IMG/VR virus record: IMGVR_UViG_3300049017_000027
Location: 1 to 33,791 of that record
DNA length: 33,791 nucleotides
Origin: a virus
Taxonomy: Duplodnaviria; Caudoviricetes
Reading direction: 5' to 3' (one strand)
In this document: in pieces, positions 1 to 8,585 of the stretch
Layout: every line of letters begins with the position of its first letter
How positions within the stretch are numbered: the stretch's first letter is position 1
Notes under the pieces: model-generated
Told to the model about the DNA's origin: nothing
The model's input: the letters and a program-made list of their open reading frames with translations, nothing else
The model's database searches: none
Position numbers and translations under genes: made by a program

Positions 1-368
1 GCACTGGCGCGGGCGGTGGCTTCGGCTTGAGCGGCGGAGAGATTGGCTTGCTGCCGGGCGCTCAGGTCGGCCAGTTGCGCTTTCAGAGTGGTGTTTTCCT
101 CTTCCAGCGTCTTGGCGCGGCCTCGGGCTTCGGCCAGCTTTTCATACGGAATGGTGTAGCTTCCGGACTTGGCTGCAATCGGCGCCCCTTCGACTTCTGC
201 TTCCGGGGCAACAACTGCGGCTGGCTCGGCAACTACCGGCTTGGCGGTTTCGCCGTTATCGACAGGCGCGACATTGCTCGGCTGGCCCGCATCCGCGGCG
301 TCGAGGTTTAACGTGCCGGCTGCGGCTGCGTCGAGTAATTTCCATGCTGCTTGGGCTTCGGTGCTCAC
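1..368 (-). CDS. Head scaffolding protein, N-terminal part (runs off window)
   Basis: Not in ORF track; GTG at 368 with a GGAG RBS; MSTEAQAAWKLLDAAAAG...Ala/Pro/Glu-rich...TIPYEKLAEAR followed by coiled coil; lies downstream of portal. Confidence 0.7.
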   Translation of the reverse strand, partial: MSTEAQAAWKLLDAAAAGTLNLDAADAGQPSNVAPVDNGETAKPVVAEPAAVVAPEAEVEGAPIAAKSGSYTIPYEKLAEARGRAKTLEEENTTLKAQLADLSARQQANLSAAQAEATARAS

Positions 369-467
369 TTTTGCGCTCCATCCCAGCTATCCGGCTGGGC
401 CTGATTGGGTTGCGCTCCGGGTTAGCGGAGCAGTTGCGCCATTCGCCGGAGCGGTATGGCTTGGCGC

Positions 468-492
468 GATTGTTAAAAAAAAGCCAGCATTT
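468..492 (-). promoter_or_regulatory. Putative late promoter (scaffold/capsid operon)
   Basis: AAATGCTGGCTT-N7-ACAATC, identical in both blocks and spacing to the copy upstream of terS (5726-5750). Confidence 0.65.
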
Positions 493-530
493 TTAATGTG
501 CGCATAAACAAAACTGATTGCCGTGGGCGT

Positions 531-556
531 AAAAAAACCCGCCGAGTGGCGGGCTT
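531..556 (-). terminator. Rho-independent terminator
   Basis: CCCGCC-ACTC-GGCGGG followed by T7 on minus strand, after ORF 583-1521. Confidence 0.85.
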
Positions 557-582
557 GTCTGTAACAAGGCGAAATTGCTCGG

Positions 583-1521
583 TTACTTGTCGCCGAGATG
601 CATCCAGGTCAGCGTGATGGTTCCGGTGAACGTTGCAGTGCCGGCGGTATGCGTTACGTCGTCGTCGATCAAGAAGTTGGCGAACACAGGAACGGCGGTA
701 GCGGTGCCATCCAGCCAGCGGGCGCCGGACTCGGTCAGCGCAGCAGCGACGGAAACCGCCGAGACCACGCCGATCTTGTCAGCAGCACCAGCCGATACGG
801 ACACCGATTGCAGGATGTCGGCTTCGGTGCTGGTCAGCGTGTTGCCGGTCGTTGCGGTCACGGTGCCCAATGCCACGTCACCATCCCAGTTATCAATGAT
901 CGTGCCGGTAACGCCAGCGGTCAGTGCGCCACTAACGACGGCACCCATGGTGGCAATCATCCCCTCCGGAAAGGTATAGACCTTGACGCCGCCATACTGC
1001 GCCTGGCCGGCGTCGTCAGAAACGATGATCGGCGTAGCGGTACAGGTAAGAACGGTCTGGTGCAGCGGGCCAAAACTGGTTTCGCTGACCGTAACAGTGG
1101 AGCCGTTCTTGACGCCAGCCGTAGAAGTCTGCGAACCGAGCGTCGATGCCTTGACTTCGCCGGCCGCGGTCATTACCGACCACTTGGCGCCGTCGTATTG
1201 GATCGACTCGCCGGCACCGATGGTGGCCTTGAAGATGGAATAGGACGTGCCGTTATCGACCTTGGAAAAGGTAATGGTGTGACTCGTCGTGTCGCGGTTA
1301 AAGACGGTCATCGCCTCGATGTCGCGGTGCAGGGAGCCGCTTTGCATCGCCGGGACGATGGAAACGGCGGTAACGCCATTCATCGCGCCGACCGAATCGC
1401 CTTGGATCAGGCGGCCGGACTTGAGCGCATCGACGAACGTTGCGGAATAGCTCGGTGCGGTCACGCTGGCTGCTGCGGCGGCGACGATGGTGATACTGCG
1501 GAGAGGGTTGGTGAGTTTCAT
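583..1521 (-). CDS. Putative virion structural protein (head decoration/fibre-like)
   Basis: 312 aa, Thr/Ala/Gly/Val-rich beta-type composition, AGGAG RBS, between portal and scaffold. Confidence 0.55.
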   Translation of the reverse strand: MKLTNPLRSITIVAAAAASVTAPSYSATFVDALKSGRLIQGDSVGAMNGVTAVSIVPAMQSGSLHRDIEAMTVFNRDTTSHTITFSKVDNGTSYSIFKATIGAGESIQYDGAKWSVMTAAGEVKASTLGSQTSTAGVKNGSTVTVSETSFGPLHQTVLTCTATPIIVSDDAGQAQYGGVKVYTFPEGMIATMGAVVSGALTAGVTGTIIDNWDGDVALGTVTATTGNTLTSTEADILQSVSVSAGAADKIGVVSAVSVAAALTESGARWLDGTATAVPVFANFLIDDDVTHTAGTATFTGTITLTWMHLGDK

Positions 1522-1541
1522 GGTGTTGCTCCTTGGTTGGC

Positions 1542-3773
1542 TTACACGTTATCGGCTGTCGTAGCCGTTTCGATACCATCCATGCCGGATGACGCTTGCT
1601 GCGGAATCGGCGGGAATGCCGGGCTGGTATTTTCTTGGGCGCCGGGCGGCATGAGGGGCCTGGCCAGATCAATAGCCGGCGATGCGGCGGCAGGCGTCGG
1701 ATAATTCGGATCGTCGCCGCCGGGGCTCGGCGCCTGATAGCCGGCGCTCTGCATGATGGCGTCAGCAATCGGCGCAATCATCGGCATCTGCGCCACCTGA
1801 GCGCCGCCCTGCATGGCCGAGAACGCGGCCTGCACGCCCGTCTGCACAGCATCCGCCATCAGCTTCTTGATCTGCGCATTGGTCAGCCGCTCCTTGTTCG
1901 CTAGTTCGCGCTCCTTCAGGTCGTGCATCAACTCCTGCTTGATCTGCTCCCGCTGCTGATTCGGATCGGCTTGCCCTGAAGCATTGCGAATCGCCTCGAC
2001 TACTTGTTTCTTGCGGGGAAGGTCCATCAGATCGACCATAAACGGGAAGACCACCGACTGCATTTCGCCCGGCATCGCCTTGATTGACTCGGATAGAGAA
2101 TTGAGTTGCTGGGCTCGGAAGCTGCTGGAGCTTGGCACGTCATCCAGAGACACTTTCATGCGGGTACGCAACACGTCGTTGCTCAGGTAGAGCAACCCGG
2201 TATCCGGATCTTGTTCCTGCTTGTTCAGCACCACTTGACGCGCTTCGTTCAAAACATCGCCCTCGATGACAACCACCTCTTCCTCATGGCCGATGTCCTC
2301 GATTTCCATGGCCAGCAGCATTTCGCCAACCAACGCCCGCGCTGATTTGAAGTTGTCCATCAGATCAGCGATCGAAACCTGCGACTGCTCCAACTGCGTT
2401 TGCTCCTGCAGTCCGGAGCGTGCCGTGCCTTGCCGTCCTTGTAGCGACGCGGTAATACCGCTGACGCGCTCAATCGATGCCCGCGAATCGGCCATCAACT
2501 GGAATTGCTGCGCATTGAGCTGAAAATCGCGCTTAACCTCGAAGCGAGCGCCTGGGTTGGAGCGGAAATGCTCGGCGTCGAGCACAATATCCGCGTCTGG
2601 CCTGGCAACCTGCCGCCGGAACTGATCGTCCGACATTGCGACGGCGCCCTTGGTCCGCTCGGTACGGGTCGCAGCAAGACCCCAGCGCAGCTTGGCGATG
2701 GTGCTATTGAGGTTGTCCTGCGGGAAAACCATGTCACGAACCAGCGCGAACGGAATGCCGGTCATGTCCTCGCGGTATCCCCAGAACGGAACGTAGGGGA
2801 AATGCGGGTGCGGATGCGGGCTCGGCGCATCGTCCAAGCAATGCGGGCCTATCCAGTAGCTCCGCCGTACACGGGCGACGGTGGATTTCTCCAGAATACC
2901 TTGTCCAGACATCACGGCGGCTTGATGCGCCGCATTGTCCGCATCGAACTCGACCACGCGGCCGCCGCGCATTTTCAGCACATAGACGCTCACCCAGCGG
3001 CGATACCACAACTCAACGATGCACACCTCGTTGGTTTCGCGGCGATACCAAGCCTGTTCTTTCGTCGTCCATGCGCGATTGACGTTGATGCCTGGCTGCA
3101 GTCCGGTACTCAGACCGCCTTCGACCACGTAGCCGCCGTAACCGCCCATGCCGCTCGCTGCGTCAGCCTGATCGATCAATTCCTTGTGCTTGGGGAATGC
3201 AGCCTTGGCGCGTGACTTCTTGACGAACTTTTCACGCACAAGCCATCCCGCATCGCTTAGGTCGGCTTCCTTGGCGCGCATGTCCCAATAGATTTCATTG
3301 CGATGCACATAGCGGCAGCGCTTGTTGTAGCCGAACGGGTCGTTGGATCGAGCCACTTCAACCCAGCCAAGCCCGACACTGGCCTGCGGCCGGAAAGCGG
3401 CGCTCATCGCTTCATCGGCCTTGGAATAGCGCTCGGCCTGATTCAGCCGGTAATTCAGCGCATCGGCGACATCCTGGCCCTGCGGATCGCCATCGGGCGT
3501 TACGCGCCAATCGGTGCGCGTCTTGGCTTCGTAGCCACAGACGGCAGCAATCGCCGGGCCGACAATGTTTTCCTTGGCTGGCGGGATGCCGACTTCGCGC
3601 AGCCGCTGCAGCAATTTCGAATCAAGCTGATTTCCGTCGACGTAATCGGCTTCGATGTCGGCCTGCAATCTCCACGGCGGCTGGTCAATGATCTCGTCAA
3701 TTATCGTAGCGAATTCTTCGACGGTCATCTTGTCGCCAAGGTCGGCGGATTTGGGCGGTGTCATGTAATTCAT
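1542..3773 (-). CDS. Portal protein (P22/933W-like)
   Basis: 743 aa after TerL; motifs DYVDGNQ, ENIVGPAI..VCGYE, ALNYRLN, GLGWVEV, FPYVPFWGYR, QDNLN. Confidence 0.92.
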   Translation of the reverse strand: MNYMTPPKSADLGDKMTVEEFATIIDEIIDQPPWRLQADIEADYVDGNQLDSKLLQRLREVGIPPAKENIVGPAIAAVCGYEAKTRTDWRVTPDGDPQGQDVADALNYRLNQAERYSKADEAMSAAFRPQASVGLGWVEVARSNDPFGYNKRCRYVHRNEIYWDMRAKEADLSDAGWLVREKFVKKSRAKAAFPKHKELIDQADAASGMGGYGGYVVEGGLSTGLQPGINVNRAWTTKEQAWYRRETNEVCIVELWYRRWVSVYVLKMRGGRVVEFDADNAAHQAAVMSGQGILEKSTVARVRRSYWIGPHCLDDAPSPHPHPHFPYVPFWGYREDMTGIPFALVRDMVFPQDNLNSTIAKLRWGLAATRTERTKGAVAMSDDQFRRQVARPDADIVLDAEHFRSNPGARFEVKRDFQLNAQQFQLMADSRASIERVSGITASLQGRQGTARSGLQEQTQLEQSQVSIADLMDNFKSARALVGEMLLAMEIEDIGHEEEVVVIEGDVLNEARQVVLNKQEQDPDTGLLYLSNDVLRTRMKVSLDDVPSSSSFRAQQLNSLSESIKAMPGEMQSVVFPFMVDLMDLPRKKQVVEAIRNASGQADPNQQREQIKQELMHDLKERELANKERLTNAQIKKLMADAVQTGVQAAFSAMQGGAQVAQMPMIAPIADAIMQSAGYQAPSPGGDDPNYPTPAAASPAIDLARPLMPPGAQENTSPAFPPIPQQASSGMDGIETATTADNV

Positions 3774-3785
3774 CTTGTTGCCTCG

Positions 3786-5063
3786 TTACGTGCGCCAGTC
3801 GGCGGGCGGGGGTTCGTCGTACTGTGCTTGCATCACATTCGGCATCACCGGAACAGCCTGGCCGATGTAGCGGAACATGTCGGCGCCGTGGGAGAACTCG
3901 TCATGCAGCGGCGCCATCGGCTCATTGGTATGAACATGCAACGCCCGGCGATAGCGCTTCAGGCATTCAAGCAAGCGAACGGTCTTTGCCTTGTCGAAAT
4001 AGCAGCGCGGAAACATCATGCGCACCGCCTTGATTCCTTCCTCGACGCTGGTTTGCGCCAGAACAATCGGCTTGCGGCACATTGCCTGCAATTGTTCCTC
4101 GGTGCTTTTGCCGGTCTGGAAGTTTCGCGTCCGGCCATCGTGCGGCAGGTAATCATGACCCCAGCGATACGGACGCTTCTCGATCTCTGCCACATACCAA
4201 TCCAGCGTCCGGTGGCTGTCCTCGATGTAATCCAGGATGCGCACATCCATCGGGCCGCGCTGGACAAAGCCGATGGTCATGGCGTCGTTCCAACCCAAGT
4301 CCCACACGGTATGCACCGGCAAAGTCGGATCGTATGGCACGCCAATAACCCGCGACTCGGCATAGAGCGACAGTATTTCATGCTGGTAAATAGCACCCTC
4401 GGCAACCGTTCGCGGCTTGCCTTCCCAAATGTGGTCGTAATCCACCGCCGATTGACTGCGCTTTGCCTTCAGTCGCTCTTGATTCAACGTCTCGGGGAAC
4501 CACGGATTGTCGCGCCAGTTGATTTCACAAACCCATGTGTCGTCGCTTGGTGTAGCAATGAAGCGCTGATACGTCTCGTCGGTGTCCATGTCTGGATTGA
4601 GCGTCATCCAGATTTCCGAGCCGTCTTTCCGGATGGTCGGGATCAGGACATCCCAGCTACGCTTACTGATGCCGTGGGCTTCTTCGGCCCAAACTATATC
4701 GACGCCCTCAAACGACTTGATTGAATCAACGGTATGACTCTGGAGCCCTGAGAACAGGATCAGCGACCCATTGATGCCGCGAATCTCCGAATCCAGCACT
4801 TCAAAGAACGACTCAATACCTAGCCGAACAATGGTGTCCTTCAGTAGCCGATGCACAGAATCGCGCATGGACTTCTGCACCTCGCGGGCGCATAGGATGC
4901 GTAGCGGCCGATCAGCGGCCAATACCAGCAGCGCAGCAGCCACAGCCCATGACTTGCCGCCACCTCGGCCGCCGTGCATGACCTTGTAGCGCTTGGGCCG
5001 AAATAGCCCTGAAAGCTTAGTCGGAAGCTGCAAGCGCGAGAACGGCGCTTCTACTGCGCCCAT
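3786..5063 (-). CDS. terL: Terminase large subunit, PBSX/Terminase_3 family
   Basis: Walker A HGGRGGGKS, CAREVQKSMRDSV, WAEEA, TLNP, WDLG, HGADMFRY. Confidence 0.96.
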   Translation of the reverse strand: MGAVEAPFSRLQLPTKLSGLFRPKRYKVMHGGRGGGKSWAVAAALLVLAADRPLRILCAREVQKSMRDSVHRLLKDTIVRLGIESFFEVLDSEIRGINGSLILFSGLQSHTVDSIKSFEGVDIVWAEEAHGISKRSWDVLIPTIRKDGSEIWMTLNPDMDTDETYQRFIATPSDDTWVCEINWRDNPWFPETLNQERLKAKRSQSAVDYDHIWEGKPRTVAEGAIYQHEILSLYAESRVIGVPYDPTLPVHTVWDLGWNDAMTIGFVQRGPMDVRILDYIEDSHRTLDWYVAEIEKRPYRWGHDYLPHDGRTRNFQTGKSTEEQLQAMCRKPIVLAQTSVEEGIKAVRMMFPRCYFDKAKTVRLLECLKRYRRALHVHTNEPMAPLHDEFSHGADMFRYIGQAVPVMPNVMQAQYDEPPPADWRT

Positions 5064-5692
5064 TACTCGTCATCCTCTCGGATAGGTGGATTGACAAACT
5101 CGACCGATATACAGGACTGCGCGGGATTAATCGCTGGAGCTTCTTCAATCTTGAACACCTTGCGCTCAAGTTCGATTTGCGTCTTCAGCGTCTCAGCCAA
5201 CTTCTTCGCGGTATCAGTCTGCGACGGAAGAGAGATTACCTTGCGGTACAGGTCATTGAGTTTGTCAGCATTACCGCTGTCGTCAGGCGACTGCATCATC
5301 TCGCCAAGTTGCGAGAACAAATCCGTTCCGGTCAGCTCAGATTCAAGCCGGTCGAATAGCAATTGAATGATTCCGCCAAGCCGGCCAAGCGACCTGTGGT
5401 GGCTACGAATCACACCGGCCATCATCTCGGCGTTTGCATCAACTATCTGACGCTCACTAACTTTGGTTTGTGCACTAACTTCCGCGCTAACCGCTTCGGC
5501 GCTAACCAATGATTCGGCCTTGGCTTTAATCTTTGCGGCGAGGTCGCGGGTCCATCCGTCTTTTCGTGACCGCTTGATAATTCCAGCATCGGAGACGCCG
5601 AATTCTGAGCCAATATCCTTTAGCGAACGAATGCCTGCGCGGTACTCCCGCTCTACAGCTTCCCAGTCAATCGGCTTCTTTACTTCGGCCAC
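5063..5692 (-). CDS. terS: Terminase small subunit
   Basis: N-terminal HTH DWEAVEREYRAGIRSLKDIG...GWTRDL; TAATG overlap with terL; GTG start at 5692 chosen from GGGGA RBS. Confidence 0.82.
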   Translation of the reverse strand: MAEVKKPIDWEAVEREYRAGIRSLKDIGSEFGVSDAGIIKRSRKDGWTRDLAAKIKAKAESLVSAEAVSAEVSAQTKVSERQIVDANAEMMAGVIRSHHRSLGRLGGIIQLLFDRLESELTGTDLFSQLGEMMQSPDDSGNADKLNDLYRKVISLPSQTDTAKKLAETLKTQIELERKVFKIEEAPAINPAQSCISVEFVNPPIREDDE

Positions 5693-5725
5693 AAGAAAAA
5701 TCCCCGCACTATTGATAGATGCGGG

Positions 5726-5750
5726 GATTGTGCGAAACAAGCCAGCATTT
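5726..5750 (-). promoter_or_regulatory. Putative late promoter (packaging operon)
   Basis: AAATGCTGGCTT-N7-ACAATC, second copy of the motif at 468-492. Confidence 0.65.
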
Positions 5751-5965
5751 CAGACGGAAGCTGAATCAATCCTGTCTAACGCCCTCAGTAAGCTAATCAT
5801 TGCATCCAACTCTCCGCGCTCTAGGTGCATCTCTCGTCCATTCATGTTGAACGTATAGGAGTCCGAGCACGATTGATACTCAAGCCGTCCTTTGTGGCCA
5901 GGGCATCCGCCTGGCAGGCAGTCATCGCTACATCTGTACCTTGTTTCGCGCTCAATGGTTGCCAT
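5750..5965 (-). CDS. Hypothetical protein, Cys-containing
   Basis: 71 aa, GAGG RBS, CSDDC..GCPGH. Confidence 0.6.
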   Translation of the reverse strand: MATIERETRYRCSDDCLPGGCPGHKGRLEYQSCSDSYTFNMNGREMHLERGELDAMISLLRALDRIDSASV

Positions 5966-5969
5966 CGAA

Positions 5970-6377
5970 TTACCTCGTAACGAATACTCGGCTCAGTAGA
6001 GCGTAATCACATGCGCTGCGGATTGCCTCGCGCTCCGTCTTGCTCCACATCCGGCCGGGGTATAGCGCGTAGAGGAATGGCTTACTGACACAGCCTGCGC
6101 CGGTAATCTTGACTGTGTGGCCAGTGACATGCGCCACATCTCGTTCGCACAACCAGAACACCGCGGCGCGGACTGAGCGTTCAATGCGGACGTGGCTTAT
6201 TCCGCGATGCTTTGCTGCTAGTGCGCTGGCGATGTCGCAGGTTGTGAATGCCGCCGAGTCGTCGTCGTTGTGCAACATTCGCATGGCTTCGAACACTTCC
6301 TCGGCCGTTACCCGGAAGTCCGGGCGGTCTAGCGTGTGGTCTTTGCGGATTATCTGCACTGTTTGCGAATTAGCCAT
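5970..6377 (-). CDS. Hypothetical winged-helix-like protein
   Basis: 135 aa; FTTCDIASALA...VRAAVFWLCERDV followed by beta-hairpin-like segment. Confidence 0.55.
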   Translation of the reverse strand: MANSQTVQIIRKDHTLDRPDFRVTAEEVFEAMRMLHNDDDSAAFTTCDIASALAAKHRGISHVRIERSVRAAVFWLCERDVAHVTGHTVKITGAGCVSKPFLYALYPGRMWSKTEREAIRSACDYALLSRVFVTR

Positions 6378-6609
6378 TGCCCGTCTCCCTCAAGCCTTCC
6401 GCAACCGTGTGCGCCATGTTTGCGAACACTACGGACCAGAATAGGTGTTTATCAAACTCTCTATCGTCAAACGAGAAGTTTCGGCCCCTGGCGCTAATCT
6501 CGATGCGCTCTTCCTGTTCGAAAGCCGTAACCACAACATCAAGATCTGGATCACCAACTGCTTGGCGCACCTTGGCAATTAGTCGATCAGCTTGCATTTC
6601 AGCCACAGC
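6370..6609 (-). CDS. Hypothetical protein
   Basis: Part of ORF 6370-6642, coupled to neighbours; start uncertain. Confidence 0.5.
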   Translation of the reverse strand, partial: AVAEMQADRLIAKVRQAVGDPDLDVVVTAFEQEERIEISARGRNFSFDDREFDKHLFWSVVFANMAHTVAEGLRETGNG

Positions 6610-6886
6610 TAGGCACTCCCGGCCACTTCCGGAAATTCCCAATCCGATACGTCACCCCGAAGAACAGGAATTGGAACGCATCCACGGAGGCGATAGCGTC
6701 GAAAGATTCGCCGGGCTGAACGTCGCCCAGGCTGCAGACGATTTCGTATGCGCTCCAATCGTGGGTGTCGGTCTTGAATCCGACGCCGATGTATCGCAGA
6801 GCGACTTCCTCGGAGATGAAGCGGGGAATAATGAAGTCCCACACGAACATGGATACGGCCTTGGCCTTGGATAGCAGATTGCTCAT
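6599..6886 (-). CDS. Hypothetical protein
   Basis: MSNLLSKAK..., AAGGAG RBS, ATGA overlap with upstream gene. Confidence 0.55.
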   Translation of the reverse strand: MSNLLSKAKAVSMFVWDFIIPRFISEEVALRYIGVGFKTDTHDWSAYEIVCSLGDVQPGESFDAIASVDAFQFLFFGVTYRIGNFRKWPGVPSCG

Positions 6887-7113
6887 GCCGGACTCCTTAC
6901 CCAATGCGTCATGAAGCCATGGCCCCATGCTGCGGTGTAAAGCACGCATAGGCCGAAGATTCCCCATTGTTCGGCCTGCCATGCGGAATAGAACCACGCT
7001 GGCTGGCCGGCTAAACCGAACAGGCATGCGTACTTGCGCAGGCGTTCGCTCTTGGATTGAACGAGGACGATGGCGGTTACGCCGGTTAGCGCGATGGCTA
7101 GTTGCTCAAGCAT
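6883..7113 (-). CDS. Small membrane protein (PnuC/PQ-loop-like phage protein)
   Basis: 76 aa, 3 hydrophobic segments, FGLAGQPAWFY..WGIF motif. Confidence 0.6.
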   Translation of the reverse strand: MLEQLAIALTGVTAIVLVQSKSERLRKYACLFGLAGQPAWFYSAWQAEQWGIFGLCVLYTAAWGHGFMTHWVRSPA

Positions 7114-7264
7114 TCCCGGCCTCCCGCATAGCCTTCGCCAGAATATTGGCGACCTGCTCCTTGGATTTACCGATCTCGCGGCCGTTTTCCGCCTTTGAGC
7201 GCCCGGCCTTGAATAGCGCCATGACGCGCTGCTGTTCGCTCCGCTCGAAACATTCGCTTGCCAT
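7106..7264 (-). CDS. Small HTH protein (52 aa)
   Basis: Not in ORF track; MASECFERSEQQRVMALFKAGRSKAENGREIGKSKEQVANILAKAMREAGNA; HTH pattern; first gene of leftward operon. Confidence 0.55.
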   Translation of the reverse strand: MASECFERSEQQRVMALFKAGRSKAENGREIGKSKEQVANILAKAMREAGNA

Positions 7265-7287
7265 TTTTTACCCGTTTGCTATAGTTA

Positions 7288-7307
7288 GCTTGCTTATCGT
7301 TTAGTTA
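7288..7307. promoter_or_regulatory. Operator-like site in divergent promoter region
   Basis: GCTTGCTTATCGTTTAG (17 bp) identical to 18168-18184. Confidence 0.6.
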
Positions 7308-7367
7308 GCATTTTACAGCTAATTGGATAGACTGGCATATCTTTCAAACGCTTACGGAGAGCGAATC

Positions 7368-7985
7368 ATGCAAACGAATATCACACTAGAGAAATTCCAC
7401 GTAACACTTTCCAGCCTGCGAAAAGAAGGCGCTTGCGTACCTGGCTACAACAAGGTTGTGCGCGCCATTCAAGGCCGAGAATTCACCGAAGAAGACGCCG
7501 AGCGCGATACGCATATCCGCTTCAAGCACGACGAGCCGATAAGCATCCTGTCGATTCTTCAGAGCAACGACCTTGACGACGCGCTATGGGCGCTGCGCTG
7601 TATCGAGAACGCTGGTATGGATAAGGATGTTCGGCTGTTCAGCGTTTGGTGCGCTCGCCAAGTCGAACACTTGATGACCGATCAGCGAAGCAAAGATGCG
7701 CTTGACGTTGCCGAACGCCACGCTAATGGGCTGGCAACCGACAGCGAATTGGCCGCAGCCTGGGCCGCAGCCAGGGACGCAGCCTGGGCCGCAGCCTGGG
7801 CCGCAGCCAGGGACGCAGCCTGGGCCGCAGCCAGGGACGCAGCCTGGGCCGCAGCCAGGGACGCAGCCTGGGACGCAGCCTGGGACGCAGCCTGGGACGC
7901 ACAAAAAGAAATGCTCATCAAGATGTGCAACGGGCAAGCACCGTGGCAAGTAAATTGCGATGCCGTCGTTACAGCCGAGGCCTGA
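7368..7985 (+). CDS. Phage protein with Imm5-like helical domain and AAW/AARD repeats
   Basis: GGAGAG RBS; LDDALWALR, RLFSVWCARQV, DQRSKDALDVAERHA, tetrapeptide repeats. Confidence 0.7.
   Translation: MQTNITLEKFHVTLSSLRKEGACVPGYNKVVRAIQGREFTEEDAERDTHIRFKHDEPISILSILQSNDLDDALWALRCIENAGMDKDVRLFSVWCARQVEHLMTDQRSKDALDVAERHANGLATDSELAAAWAAARDAAWAAAWAAARDAAWAAARDAAWAAARDAAWDAAWDAAWDAQKEMLIKMCNGQAPWQVNCDAVVTAEA
7755..7898 (+). repeat. 12 x 12-bp coding tandem repeat GCAGCC(T/A)GGG(C/A)C
   Basis: Counted directly; encodes AAWA/AARD/AAWD. Confidence 0.95.
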
Positions 7986-7986
7986 C

Positions 7987-8259
7987 ATGGCCTACCGCAT
8001 TTTCATGGACTCATTCAGCGGAGCCATTGGCGACATGAAGCCGGCCGACCAGAATGACATGCGCAAGGTTCTCGCCGTCCTTGACAAGACTCCCCGATTC
8101 TCTTGCTTTGAGGCATCCGAGCGTCCGGCTATTGCCAACACGCTGACGGACTTGATGCTTTCTGGCTACATCGAATACCCGAAACCGCAGCCTGGATTCC
8201 CCTGGTGCCGCGCAGTTATTACCGACAATGGGCGCTCGCTCATGGAGGAATCATGCTAA
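7987..8259 (+). CDS. Hypothetical protein (wHTH-like C-terminus)
   Basis: GAGG RBS, ends AVITDNGRSL. Confidence 0.6.
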   Translation: MAYRIFMDSFSGAIGDMKPADQNDMRKVLAVLDKTPRFSCFEASERPAIANTLTDLMLSGYIEYPKPQPGFPWCRAVITDNGRSLMEESC

Positions 8260-8585
8260 CCCTAAACCAATCCCTATCCCTTGAGCGCTCAATCGCGAAG
8301 CACCTGATTGAGACTTTGGCGGCGCACGGCTGGAAGGTCGACCACGTTTTCAACGGTGAGGAAGTGCATATCGCCGGCACCTGTGCGCAGCTGGATGCGG
8401 TCTTCGCCGCCGACGAATCGCAGATCATCTTTGAGGACAATCAGGGCCATCAGCATTGGGTGGCGATCACGCTTGGAAATGGCGCCGACTGCATCAGCGA
8501 TTTTGACGTTTCCCACTACGACGCCGACAAGTTCGGTAAGGCTATGGCGGCGTTTGTTGAGTCTTCGGTGGAGGTTGCGGCATGA
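8253..8585 (+). CDS. Hypothetical phage protein
   Basis: GGAGG RBS; LGNGADCISD motif. Confidence 0.65.
   Translation: MLTLNQSLSLERSIAKHLIETLAAHGWKVDHVFNGEEVHIAGTCAQLDAVFAADESQIIFEDNQGHQHWVAITLGNGADCISDFDVSHYDADKFGKAMAAFVESSVEVAA

Noticed and set aside
598-4724. Long plus-strand ORFs (598-1704, 2505-3215, 3303-4724)
   Set aside because: Antisense shadows of GC-rich structural genes
5774-5800. GTCTAAC as a further attC
   Set aside because: No complementary arm or matching GTT box; lies inside a CDS
7755-7898. CRISPR array or DGR variable repeat
   Set aside because: Contiguous 12-bp units with no spacers, in frame within a CDS; no cas or reverse transcriptase gene in the window
7584-7988. 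Alternative-frame ORFs with QPGP/PGCV repeats
   Set aside because: Shadows of the 12-bp repeat; the 7368-7985 frame has the RBS and family motifs
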